Source: Vulcanimicrobiota bacterium (GTDB lineage: Bacteria; Vulcanimicrobiota; Xenobia; Xenobiales; JADMJV01). Taken from it: a stretch of 64,000 nucleotides of DNA. Position 1 is the first letter of the stretch. The number at the start of each line of letters is the position of its first letter. The stretch spans positions 1,672,008-1,736,007 of the forward strand of contig JBFWNU010000001.1 in NCBI GenBank assembly GCA_050250895.1, read 5' to 3'. A model generated the notes under the pieces. That model was not told where the DNA came from. It saw only the letters and a program-made list of their open reading frames with translations, and did no database searches. The translations under genes and the position numbers were made by a program. Positions 54,970-63,679 of this stretch are shown here, piece by piece.

Positions 54970-55730
54970 GGCCTGGGCAGGCCGTACATGGGTCGCACGT
55001 GGGGCAACTCTTCACCCGGGATCGGCATGCCGTACATGGGATGAATGCTCGGTTCGGTCGGGCTCGGCACCGGCATGCCATACATCGGCCGCACATCCGG
55101 CGACTGATCGCGGGGCGGCATGGGGGCGCCATACATCGGGGCCACCTCGGGAAAGTCCGGCACCGGCGGCATGGGTGCCCCGTACATCGGAGTGATGTCG
55201 GGCCCCTCGGTGTGGGGAGGGTTGGGCATGCCGTACATTGGCATGACTCCGGGGCCCGGCTCGTTGGGCATGGGAGCACCATACATTGGGCGCACATCCG
55301 GTCCGTGATCGTGGCCCGGGTTGGGCATGCCGTACATGGGCATGACCCCGGGCCCCGCGGGCAGGCGTCCACGCAGTCGCCAGGGCAGGCTGGGCCCGGT
55401 CAGGTCATCGATGCGGCGACGCCAATTGTTTTCAGACTGGCGCACCAGGCGGCGCGATTTGGCCAGCGCTTTCTGCAGGGCCTCGGGATCCTTCCAGCCG
55501 CTGCGCGGCAGCAACGGGCGGTCGGGCAAACTGGGCAGGTCGACCTCGCGCAGGCGGGCGATGGTGGCGCTAATCTTGCTCTGAAACTCGCGCAGGAGAG
55601 CACTCTGATCGGCGTTGAGCCGGGGTACCCTGGGCCCCTCTTCGAGAGCCCTGGTGATGCGCTCCAAAGCTGGGGGACGCGAGGGTTGCAGGGGGCCGGT
55701 CTGGCCGCCGTCGTGGATCGGAAAAGCCAT
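54966..55730 (-). CDS. Putative spliceotide precursor with eight PMYG motifs
   Basis: AGGAG SD; C-terminal half has eight xxPMYG(M/A/L)P units; TTGA overlap with the rSAM start. Confidence 0.85.
   Translation of the reverse strand: MAFPIHDGGQTGPLQPSRPPALERITRALEEGPRVPRLNADQSALLREFQSKISATIARLREVDLPSLPDRPLLPRSGWKDPEALQKALAKSRRLVRQSENNWRRRIDDLTGPSLPWRLRGRLPAGPGVMPMYGMPNPGHDHGPDVRPMYGAPMPNEPGPGVMPMYGMPNPPHTEGPDITPMYGAPMPPVPDFPEVAPMYGAPMPPRDQSPDVRPMYGMPVPSPTEPSIHPMYGMPIPGEELPHVRPMYGLPRP
54972..55345. repeat. Imperfect repeats of roughly 50 bp encoding PMYGxP units
   Basis: Recurring cc(g/a)tacat on the + strand, eight copies. Confidence 0.8.
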
Positions 55731-55765
55731 GGTGAGTTCTTCTCCTGGACGGGCCCGAAGGCCTG

Positions 55766-56980
55766 TTAGACCTTCACCGCGGCCAGGCGCTGATGAATCC
55801 CCTCGCGGACCTCGGTCTGGTAACGGTCGCCCAGTCCGGCCTCGCCGGGCTGCCACAGCTTGGCGAAGCGGGGGCGGCAAGCCAGCAGCGCCTCGAGAAA
55901 AGGCTTGAGGGCAGTCCGGAGAGCCTCGACGCGAGCCTGAAAGGCGTCGTTTTGGACCACCTGGAATTCGCTCAAGTCGGTGGTCAGGCCCTCGCCCGAG
56001 ACCAGGCACAACAGGCCTGGGCAACCCAGCTCGAGCGAGCACGGTGAGCTGGGCACGCCGTCGAGCATAAAGCAGACCGAAGCTTTCCCGGTCAGGCTCA
56101 GGGGCAGGGCAAAGGCGGCTCCACAACGGATGGTGTCGCCCAGCGGAGGGTCAAAGGGAAGGTGCAGAAACAGGCTCTGCCACGGCAGCGTCCGCCTCGG
56201 CCAAAACGAGATGTCGGCCCATCCCGTCCGATCCTCTCGAAAGCAGCTCCTTCGATACAGGTGGGCGCTCTCGCGGGTGAAGGGTTTCAGGCTGAACGGA
56301 TAGCTCCAGCCGGGCAGGGGGGCGCTGGGCGGGGCAAAGCCTTCCATCAGATAGTAGGGTCCCGACATGTAGTCGAACCAATTACCTCCGGGTCGGCTGG
56401 TGGGCCACCCTTTCTCGATGTTGCGACCATCCAGTCCGATGGGGATGGTCGAGTAGCGGCCCCGCTCATAGATGGTGGCATGCTCGCTGGCGTAGGACCT
56501 CAGGCCGCCAAGCATCGCCAACAAGCCCCCTCGGCGATGAAGAAAGCGAGCTTGTCCCGAGGTTTGGCCCTGGGTCCATTCGATGGGTCCGGGTCTTAGT
56601 TTCAGAAAGCTGTCACCGAGTTCCCAGCGCAGACCGGGTCCCGAGGCTGCCCGCAAGGCGGCTCCCAGATGACGCGCCGCTGGCGAATTCCAGTCGCGCC
56701 GACCAGCCAGGGCCTCGGCCAGTTCGAGAATCGGGAGCCGTTGATCCGACTCGGGCCTGAACACCGCCTCAGCCCGCCAGGGCGTCAGGCGAAAGCGAAT
56801 CGAACTGGCCTGCAAGCAGTGGGCCACCTGCAGCACTTTGGCCAGATAGAGGCCGGGCTGGGCTAGCTGAAACTGACCCAGGCGCTCGAGGGCCCGGGTC
56901 AATTCGACCGTGAAGACCCCTTCTGACTCGGTCCGGCCAGCCGTACGAGCCTGATCGAGAAAGTCTTCCAGGTCTGCCAT
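55766..56980 (-). CDS. Hypothetical protein
   Basis: 404-aa ORF abutting the GGDEF gene; N-terminal ESEGVFTVELTRALERLGQFQL. Confidence 0.65.
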   Translation of the reverse strand: MADLEDFLDQARTAGRTESEGVFTVELTRALERLGQFQLAQPGLYLAKVLQVAHCLQASSIRFRLTPWRAEAVFRPESDQRLPILELAEALAGRRDWNSPAARHLGAALRAASGPGLRWELGDSFLKLRPGPIEWTQGQTSGQARFLHRRGGLLAMLGGLRSYASEHATIYERGRYSTIPIGLDGRNIEKGWPTSRPGGNWFDYMSGPYYLMEGFAPPSAPLPGWSYPFSLKPFTRESAHLYRRSCFREDRTGWADISFWPRRTLPWQSLFLHLPFDPPLGDTIRCGAAFALPLSLTGKASVCFMLDGVPSSPCSLELGCPGLLCLVSGEGLTTDLSEFQVVQNDAFQARVEALRTALKPFLEALLACRPRFAKLWQPGEAGLGDRYQTEVREGIHQRLAAVKV

Positions 56981-57862
56981 CTAGCGCGGGCGCAGGCTGC
57001 TGGGGGCTTCGGGTCGGGCCGGCTCGTCGAAAGCCGGGGCTACCGTCAGCCGGGCTCGCCCAGTTTTTTTGGACTGGACCACTGCGCCCTCGGCGGCTTG
57101 CCACAATTCGGCCGCATCGCGGCCATCGCTAGGAAAGGCCGCCAGGCCGGTCGAGGCGGTCAGGCCGGGTTGGGCAAAGCGGGCTCGAAAGGCCTTCGTG
57201 AGCTGGTTGGCCAGCTTGCGCCCATTCTTTTTGTCGACCTCGCGCAAGATCAGGCCGAAGCGATCGCCCTCGAGGCGGGCTACCAGGTCGGAGGCGCGCA
57301 CCAGATCGGTGAGAAAGTCGGCCACTTCGTCGAGCAGACGATCGCCCATCTCGCACCCCAGACGACGGTTCACGCTCAGGAAGAGGTCGGGGTCCACCAG
57401 CAACAGGCAGAAGGGGCGGGCCATACGGTCGGCCCAGGCGATCTCTTCCTCGAGGCGGACCAGGAAGAGAGACTCGGAGTAGACCGGCAGCAAGCCCGGG
57501 TCAGGAAGAGCCAGGCTGAGCATCTGGGCCACCGTCTCGACGGCATCGGCCTGGCCCTGGGTGAAGCTGTGCCCCTCGAGATAGAGCGCACCCAGCAACT
57601 GGCCGGCTGGACCGACCAGAGGACACAGCATCACCGTGCCTCGCGCCAGGATGCGGGGACGACGCCCGGTCAATTCATAAGCGGCCAGGCCGGGATCGCG
57701 TCCGGCCAGGACCGGGCGCAATTGTCCGTTGCCGACCGTCAGCACGACCACCTCCGAGGCCTGGGGAACAAGCTCTTGAAGGCAGTCGGTGACAGCCTCG
57801 AAGCGACTGGGCTCGGAGAGGGCCGAGGCCAGCTTCTGGATACAGGCCAGGATCTGTTCCAT
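56981..57862 (-). CDS. GAF plus degenerate GGDEF domain protein
   Basis: LLLVDPDLFLSVN, RASD I-site, ARLEGDRF in place of GGDEF, TASTGLA. Confidence 0.8.
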   Translation of the reverse strand: MEQILACIQKLASALSEPSRFEAVTDCLQELVPQASEVVVLTVGNGQLRPVLAGRDPGLAAYELTGRRPRILARGTVMLCPLVGPAGQLLGALYLEGHSFTQGQADAVETVAQMLSLALPDPGLLPVYSESLFLVRLEEEIAWADRMARPFCLLLVDPDLFLSVNRRLGCEMGDRLLDEVADFLTDLVRASDLVARLEGDRFGLILREVDKKNGRKLANQLTKAFRARFAQPGLTASTGLAAFPSDGRDAAELWQAAEGAVVQSKKTGRARLTVAPAFDEPARPEAPSSLRPR

Positions 57863-57873
57863 CCCTTACAAGG

Positions 57874-58083
57874 TTACCGTCGCGGCCGTCGATGTCCTTC
57901 ACGAGAGCGGCCGAAAGCCGGTCTCAGGGGTGCCCCCATCCAGGCCACCGGCGATCGGCGCGGTTGGAGCGCCCGCCGGTTGAGTTCGGCAAACTGGCTG
58001 GTATGGTAGCGGAGTTCGGGATCATCGGGCACGAAGGTGTCCTCGAGTGGCAAAGTGTCCTCGAATTCGTAATCGTCTTCCAA
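57874..58083 (-). CDS. Small hypothetical protein
   Basis: 69-aa ORF, GGAGG before TTG. Confidence 0.3.
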   Translation of the reverse strand: MEDDYEFEDTLPLEDTFVPDDPELRYHTSQFAELNRRALQPRRSPVAWMGAPLRPAFGRSREGHRRPRR

Positions 58084-58153
58084 GGGAGCCTCCCGGCGCT
58101 GAGATGAACCCAGTTTAGCCGGGATGGCTTAGCGCAAACAGTGACGGGGATCA

Positions 58154-58669
58154 TCAGTGGTGTTCGAAAGCCGGGCCGAAGGCAAGGTCAAAGTCGTGAA
58201 GCCAGCCGACGATACCGTCGACCTTCACGCGGATGCGAAAGAACTGGTGGTCGCTGGCGGCCACGTAACGGCGCACCTCGAGTACCTTCACCTCGGCTCG
58301 GGGAGTGACCACCGCGATGGGGCGCTCCCACTCGCCGGGTTGGGCAGACATCTCGGCTGGCTTGGCGGCGATGCGAACCAGGTCGCCCGGCGCGCAAGGA
58401 TAGATGCTGGGCTGGTGGTAGAGGTCGGCGATGGTGATCTTCAGCTGGCCGTTGTGTAGCTTGGCCTGGGCGGCCGTGAAGAAGCCTTCGATGGGGTCGC
58501 CCTCGGTGTAGGCTTGCAGGCACAGTTGCGGGCGAGCGTATTCTTCGACGGTTCTTCTCAGGCCGGCCTCGAGTTCGCCGTCGGTCAGCCCGCGAGGCAC
58601 GATGCCGCGCACTTCGACCGCCTCGCCGGTTAGGCGGCGCAACTGCCTTTCTTCGAAGAAATAGCTCAT
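58154..58669 (-). CDS. Hypothetical protein
   Basis: 171-aa ORF filling the intergenic gap; SH3-like-looking C-terminus. Confidence 0.55.
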   Translation of the reverse strand: MSYFFEERQLRRLTGEAVEVRGIVPRGLTDGELEAGLRRTVEEYARPQLCLQAYTEGDPIEGFFTAAQAKLHNGQLKITIADLYHQPSIYPCAPGDLVRIAAKPAEMSAQPGEWERPIAVVTPRAEVKVLEVRRYVAASDHQFFRIRVKVDGIVGWLHDFDLAFGPAFEHH

Positions 58670-58723
58670 CGGGCTAGAGTTAGACGCTGACCCTCGCGAT
58701 CGCCTTCCTCATGAGGAGCCGGC

Positions 58724-59455
58724 CTATTGATCCGCCTGGCGGTAACATTGCTCGATGGTCTGCATCCTATCCGACAGGTAAGGGTGCGTGGTCCCTCCTA
58801 CGCCTTGGCGAAGCACCTGGTGCATCGAGGTGAGCACATCGTCGAGGGGCAGACCGGTCCGCTCGGCTTGCTTGCCGGCGTTGCAGTCTGCCTCGAGTTC
58901 GGCCTGGCGTTGCCAGGCGAGGCGGTCGGCCGTGGGAGTGGAGGCTGCCATGTCTCGCAATTGCTTGACGTGACCCAACACGATGTGTCCTTCCTCGTGG
59001 AAGAGTGTGCCAATGATGGCGGTATCCGGCGAGTTCAACCGGGCGGAGGAGATGTAGACGTCGGCTTCGCAGGCCACCGAACTGCCTGAACTGGCAACCA
59101 GGTGATAGTTTGCCCTGGGCATAGAGAGTTGGCCTTCCACCCGGTCGAGAATGCCGGAGAAGTGTTCCCACTCGGGCCCCTGGGTCACAGTCGTCGGGGC
59201 CTGGTCGCAGTAAGGATGGACCGGGCTGGGCGACGAGCATCCCGCCAGCCCGACCAGAGTCGTGGCCGCGGCTCCCAAAGCCAGCAAGCCGGCCCATCGC
59301 GGCCGGGCCGGGGGCGGGGGAGCAAAGTCTTCGGGGGTCTCCCCGAGAGTAGACGACGCAAAGTGGGTGCCCGACCCGGCCGGCCGTGCGGGGGAGCAAG
59401 GCTTGCCTGGAATTCGACCGGTTGCCAGGGGGGTGGTACGAAATTGGATGCTCAT
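58724..59455 (-). CDS. Zinc metallopeptidase-like protein (M48-like) with internal lipobox
   Basis: HEEGH, ELEADC, THPYLSDR; LAGC lipobox after a long N-terminal leader. Confidence 0.7.
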   Translation of the reverse strand: MSIQFRTTPLATGRIPGKPCSPARPAGSGTHFASSTLGETPEDFAPPPPARPRWAGLLALGAAATTLVGLAGCSSPSPVHPYCDQAPTTVTQGPEWEHFSGILDRVEGQLSMPRANYHLVASSGSSVACEADVYISSARLNSPDTAIIGTLFHEEGHIVLGHVKQLRDMAASTPTADRLAWQRQAELEADCNAGKQAERTGLPLDDVLTSMHQVLRQGVGGTTHPYLSDRMQTIEQCYRQADQ

Positions 59456-59559
59456 TAGACTCCGCTCTCGAGCGGTTGGACCATCCCCAGCCTACGCGAG
59501 TGACCTTAAAAAGATCTTGTCTTCGATCCGACCCCGGCCGACTGTGCTAAGCTCTAGGG

Positions 59560-60171
59560 GTGCCCGCCGAGAGAATGACGCTTCCCACCCACGCCCTGAG
59601 GGGACCGCTTCAGGCAGCCTTTTACCTTCTGCTGATGGGGCTCACGGGCGTATCCGTGCAGAACCTGTTCGTCTTGAGAGAGTGGTGGATCTTGCTGGCC
59701 TCGGTTTTCTGGCCGGCTCTTCTACTGCTCAGCCTGCGCGAACTCTATGCGAGCGAGGCGGGCTGGGAGAACTTCAAGCGCAACCGTTTGCGGCCGTTCG
59801 CTAGCCAGGAGTTCGTCGAACTGGAATTCGACGAGCAAGAACGATGGCTTTGCTGCGGCTACTGCCTGGCCGGTAGAGACTATCAGCTGCTGAAGGTGCC
59901 GATTCGTGGTATCACCCGGGTGGGTTGGAGTGCCGGCCAGGCCAGTTCGAGGGCGGGCAAAGATATGGGCGACTGGAGCGTGATCGTGTGGTTTGACCCG
60001 AGCCAGGTGGTCAAATGCACCGCCAGTGTGCGCTCGCTCTTCATCCTGGGGGAATCCGGCGAACTGGCGGTGGTTAGCGAACTCGGGAGGGATTTTCTGG
60101 CTTTCCTGGCCCAGGCCGGCCTCCAGTTTGAGCCCGGAGATGGCGACCACGCCTTTTTGCCCGTCCGCTAG
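59560..60171 (+). CDS. Hypothetical membrane-anchored protein
   Basis: Two N-terminal TM segments; TAAGCT-6-GTG start. Confidence 0.6.
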   Translation: MPAERMTLPTHALRGPLQAAFYLLLMGLTGVSVQNLFVLREWWILLASVFWPALLLLSLRELYASEAGWENFKRNRLRPFASQEFVELEFDEQERWLCCGYCLAGRDYQLLKVPIRGITRVGWSAGQASSRAGKDMGDWSVIVWFDPSQVVKCTASVRSLFILGESGELAVVSELGRDFLAFLAQAGLQFEPGDGDHAFLPVR

Positions 60172-60227
60172 TCAAGGCTAAGCTCGAGGAGGCGGTCAGT
60201 TGGGGCCGCAAGGACTCGGGAATAGCC

Positions 60228-60698
60228 TCACTCGCGCCGAGAACGTGGCTTGTCTAGCAACTTCAGCGCCCGATTGAACCTGTCCATGTCGTCACCCGCG
60301 AGTCCTTCGACGACAAACATTTCGAGTCGGCTCTCGGCACGGATAATGGCCTCGGGAAAGGCCCGGCGGAGGATGGATATGGTCGAGTCGAAGTCAGTAT
60401 AGACGACGAAGCGGGCGCCCGCGGGTGCGTAGATGGGAAGCGGGGGCGGTTCGGGCACTCGGTCGAGGTTCGGGATCTCCGCCCGGAGCTTGTCCAGGTC
60501 TGCGTCGGAGCCCGTGGCATAGAAGCCATTGAGCGTCTCGTGAGGCTCAAGCCGCACGGCTGGATACTCTTTTTCGAGAAAGTCCATCACTTTGGCTGCC
60601 GGAGCGGCCTCGAGCAAGAATTCTTCACGGTTCTGGTGCACAAAGGCCAGCGTCGGCAGAATCAGCACCAACAGGGCTACCTTGGCCAGTTGGCTCAT
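60228..60698 (-). CDS. Exported hypothetical protein with two secretin-N (NolW)-like repeats
   Basis: Signal-like N-terminus; LNGFYATGSDADLDKLRAEIPNLD and LEMFVVEG...FNRALKLLDKP. Confidence 0.5.
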   Translation of the reverse strand: MSQLAKVALLVLILPTLAFVHQNREEFLLEAAPAAKVMDFLEKEYPAVRLEPHETLNGFYATGSDADLDKLRAEIPNLDRVPEPPPLPIYAPAGARFVVYTDFDSTISILRRAFPEAIIRAESRLEMFVVEGLAGDDMDRFNRALKLLDKPRSRRE

Positions 60699-60722
60699 GC
60701 AGACCCTCCGGAGTCAGAACGT

Positions 60723-60745
60723 AAAAAGCCCGCCGGTGCGGGCTT
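60723..60745 (-). terminator. Intrinsic terminator downstream of the tRNA-Lys 3' end
   Basis: aagcccgc-cggt-gcgggctt hairpin with A5 on + strand. Confidence 0.75.
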
Positions 60746-60752
60746 CGTTTAG

Positions 60753-60800
60753 TGGTGCGCCATCAAGGACTCGAACCTTGGACCCGATGATTAAGAGTCA
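60753..60800 (-). tRNA. 3' fragment of tRNA-Lys(CTT); att site of an integrated element, not a complete tRNA
   Basis: Reverse complement TGACTCTTAATCATCGGGTCCAAGGTTCGAGTCCTTGATGGCGCACCA has anticodon arm, T-loop GTTCGAG and CCA end; no 5' half upstream. Confidence 0.85.
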
Positions 60801-60982
60801 TATCGAAACCGTCTCATGCGCGGTATAGCGTTTCGAGAAAGCCCTATTTGTAGGCGTCTTCGGCCTCATACGTGTCAACAGGATGTGTCTTTTGTGCCCC
60901 CGTTCTGCCCCATTGCTGCCCCATGAGGATTCTTCAATGGGTTTCTCAGAGGGCACCCAGGGGATGGGGAGAACCGTGGTGG

Positions 60983-61969
60983 ATGGGCCTACATGAATGC
61001 TTGGTGAGTTTCGGTAACCCCGAGGATTTCCAGCGGATGGTCAAGCAGTTGTTGAACCGCTCGGTGCCTGACTTCCAGGACAATGATGACAGCGGTGGGG
61101 ACTGGGGATGTGACGGCTTCAGTCTTGCGAAATCAACCCTCTACGCCATCTGGTGCCCGGAGAAGTTCGAAAAGTATGGTGAAAAGATGATCTCAAAAAT
61201 CCGAGAGGATTTACGAAAGGTCCCCCAGCTGAGAACCCGGCTTGGTGTACACTTCCAGAACTGGGTCTTCATTGCCCCTCGAGAGCCCCTTATGGGCGTC
61301 AACAAGGCGATGATCGACGCGGCGGAGGCTGTTGCAGTCGAGGCCAAATGTGAGGCGACCACTTGGCTGGTGAATCTCTTGAACGCATGCCCCGAAGTGA
61401 TTAGCAACTTTCCTCAACACTTTCCATCACTGGCGGCGCGAGGGCAGCTGGGTCTTAGGTGCTTGCGGGTCGATTCTACCTATGCATCAATTTGTTCAGG
61501 GGGATGGCTCAGGTTCATTGCGACGTACGAACTTTCCAATACGGGCCCGACCGTCGCCAAAGAAGTCTACTGGGCGGCATCATTCCTCGCGGACGGCGAG
61601 GGTTTTCGGCTCGACGTCAAATCTCCAGCCTCTAGAAGGACGACAAATATTAAGGGGTTAACCACCTCAGAGGAATATCTCGCCTGGCCAATCCGGCCAG
61701 GCGAGACGCGATCAGTCTTGTGGGTGGATTTGACCGTTGTTCGTCTTCCGGATGCAGATATTGCCTGTCAGATGTCTTGGGGCGGCGAAGGAATCCCGGT
61801 CCAGGGCGGCTCTCTCGTTCTTCCTCGAGCCACACTAGCCCAAGTGCGTAATGAGCAACGCCGCATTCACGCCGAGACTTGTCAAGTGAACGCGCCTGAA
61901 CCGGTCAAACGGCACCTAGTCCCCTGTTTTCAGCCCGTCTACGATGGCAAAAGCCCCCCGTTTGCCTAA
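60983..61969 (+). CDS. Protein with N-terminal restriction-endonuclease-like domain (possible defence cargo)
   Basis: EDFQRMVKQLL...GDWGCDGF...KIREDL resembles REase-fold N-terminal domains; start uncertain. Confidence 0.45.
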   Translation: MGLHECLVSFGNPEDFQRMVKQLLNRSVPDFQDNDDSGGDWGCDGFSLAKSTLYAIWCPEKFEKYGEKMISKIREDLRKVPQLRTRLGVHFQNWVFIAPREPLMGVNKAMIDAAEAVAVEAKCEATTWLVNLLNACPEVISNFPQHFPSLAARGQLGLRCLRVDSTYASICSGGWLRFIATYELSNTGPTVAKEVYWAASFLADGEGFRLDVKSPASRRTTNIKGLTTSEEYLAWPIRPGETRSVLWVDLTVVRLPDADIACQMSWGGEGIPVQGGSLVLPRATLAQVRNEQRRIHAETCQVNAPEPVKRHLVPCFQPVYDGKSPPFA

Positions 61970-62941
61970 TCAAAGGAACGGGTCGAAAGCCCGTTGCCGC
62001 GCTGCGCTGTATTGGTTACCGCGTGCCTCGCGGAGCGAGTGGTCGGTCCACCACCAGAGCGCGCCCTCGGCGTCCAAAACTTGTTCCTCCAACAACTTGG
62101 AGTCATCATCAAAGTTCTCGAGCGACCAACGGTCAAGCCTCTCCATCGCGGCTTTACCGAAGCGCACGACTGGTTGGCCGGCTGACCCGATCCAACCATT
62201 TAGCGGATGCGAGCCCTGCCACGTCCGCGACCACAGGAAAAATGGCTTATTGTCTGCAATTTCATCCTTGATGACGTGGGGCGGGGCACAACAAGGTGAA
62301 GTGCCAAAGCGGATGCTGATGAGTTCCACCGGGTGGCAACCGAGCTGGCCGGCCAGGGCGATAATCACGCGGTCAACCTGGTCGAAATCGGTACCTGTGA
62401 GGCCCCTCAAGAAGCTTTCTTGGGGCTTCGCTAGTTCTTTTGGCTTCACCGGCTCTTCAGGCTGCCAGTTCTCGAGGGCCTCAATCTCGAGCAGGCAGGC
62501 GTGAATCTCGTCCCTGGTGGCCGCGACGAGCCTCTTCAGGAGCCTCAGGGGGCCATCACTTAGCTGCAGGTCCAGGAAGGCTATCAGCGACTCCAGGTGC
62601 TCGTGAGCAATGATGAGCCGCGCCCGGCGGGCCGCTTCCCCGCCGCGTTCCAGGTCCTGCATTCTGGGGTCATCGTCGGGCAGGCTGTCGAGGTCCGACG
62701 GGTAAAACGGCTGGGCGTCATCGATAGCCTTCACCTTCTCCCATTCGAAGGTGCTGGGCGGCGACACGCCGAGCAGAAGGGCTTCGGCGTCCAGGATGTT
62801 GCGGGTTAGGCCCCTGATTTGGGGCAGTTGGTCCTTCGTCCGAAGTCCTCTCGGACAGGTTGAAGGCAAAAGGGCCTCGGCGGTGGAAGTTGAACTCCAA
62901 CGCTGGGGCCCGGCGTGTTCAGGGTTGCAAGCTTCGGACAC
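61970..62941 (-). CDS. Hypothetical protein with degenerate tyrosine-recombinase-like motifs
   Basis: DRVIIALAGQLGCHPVELISIR and TDHSLRE. Confidence 0.45.
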   Translation of the reverse strand: MSEACNPEHAGPQRWSSTSTAEALLPSTCPRGLRTKDQLPQIRGLTRNILDAEALLLGVSPPSTFEWEKVKAIDDAQPFYPSDLDSLPDDDPRMQDLERGGEAARRARLIIAHEHLESLIAFLDLQLSDGPLRLLKRLVAATRDEIHACLLEIEALENWQPEEPVKPKELAKPQESFLRGLTGTDFDQVDRVIIALAGQLGCHPVELISIRFGTSPCCAPPHVIKDEIADNKPFFLWSRTWQGSHPLNGWIGSAGQPVVRFGKAAMERLDRWSLENFDDDSKLLEEQVLDAEGALWWWTDHSLREARGNQYSAARQRAFDPFL

Positions 62942-62997
62942 GCGCGGGTTCCTCTCTTTCTGTGACTATCTAGCGGCCGTCGTCGCTCTCGCCTCCG

Positions 62998-63171
62998 TCA
63001 ACCGCTTCGCATTTCGCCAGAGTCAAAGCCCAGGTGCTCGTATATCAGACGGCGAGCATAGGCCGCTGCCCCGCCCTTTTGGCCGGGGTCGGCCGCCTCG
63101 GCCACACGTTGTAGCTGTTGCAGCGCCTTCGGATGTAGTCTTATCGTGAGCTTGGGTCGTCCTTTTCCCAT
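62998..63171 (-). CDS. Small RHH/CopG-like DNA-binding protein
   Basis: KLTIRLHPKALQQLQRVA...AAAYARRLIYEHL. Confidence 0.5.
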   Translation of the reverse strand: MGKGRPKLTIRLHPKALQQLQRVAEAADPGQKGGAAAYARRLIYEHLGFDSGEMRSG

Positions 63172-63371
63172 GGCGGGTCCCACCTTCGCTCTGGGTGGGT
63201 CCCGCTCTCCCGGAAAACATGTTCGCCAAATGCTTCTTCGTGATTCTCCACTGCTTCGAGCCTTTGAGCCCAGGTCTCAAAAGATTGCGCTCCGAGCGCT
63301 TCCGCGAAGGCGCTCGCAGCCTCCAGCGTCCAGGTGCCTTTCCATTCCATTGTGACTTGATTGCGTCTCAT
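63141..63371 (-). CDS. Small hypothetical protein
   Basis: AAGGAGG SD before ATG. Confidence 0.45.
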   Translation of the reverse strand: MRRNQVTMEWKGTWTLEAASAFAEALGAQSFETWAQRLEAVENHEEAFGEHVFRESGTHPERRWDPPWEKDDPSSR

Positions 63372-63413
63372 TGAGCCTCCTTTTCGCCCCGCTTATTTGC
63401 CTCAGGTCTTGAA

Positions 63414-63448
63414 TCACCTGTAGACAGGTGAATCATCCCTGGTATAAT
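63414..63448 (+). promoter_or_regulatory. Promoter TAGACA-16-TATAAT with operator-like palindrome over the -35
   Basis: tcacctg-taga-caggtga at 63414-63431; TATAAT at 63443-63448. Confidence 0.65.
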
Positions 63449-63543
63449 AGCTCAAGGGGCAGGGCCCTAAGCAAGAGAGGAGGCGGCTTCCGAAACGTAA
63501 GAAGCCCGGGTGACAGCCGGGCTTCGCGGGAAAGGAGGTCGAG

Positions 63544-63609
63544 ATGACTCTTGAGTTACTGGCTCTAGCTGTCGTCGCCATCGTCCTTGTGACGCTGGCC
63601 CGACGGTAG
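63544..63609 (+). CDS. 21-aa hydrophobic peptide MTLELLALAVVAIVLVTLARR (type I toxin-like)
   Basis: AAAGGAGG SD, single TM helix with basic C-terminus, flanking hairpins; below the ORF-track size cutoff. Confidence 0.6.
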   Translation: MTLELLALAVVAIVLVTLARR

Positions 63610-63679
63610 CCCCGACCGGGTCCTGGCTTTCGGGCCAGGGCCCCTTTCCACCGACCATTATAGCAGAAGGGTCCGAACG

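Noticed and set aside
54972-55345. Regularly spaced repeats as a possible CRISPR array
   Set aside because: Repeats are short, degenerate at codon third positions and in frame within a coding sequence; no cas genes.
55731-56126. N-terminal extension of the precursor to 386 aa as in the ORF track
   Set aside because: It overlaps the upstream gene; ATG 55730 has a clear AGGAG SD.
60753-60830. Complete tRNA-Lys gene
   Set aside because: No D-arm or 5' acceptor strand upstream of the anticodon arm, so only an att fragment.
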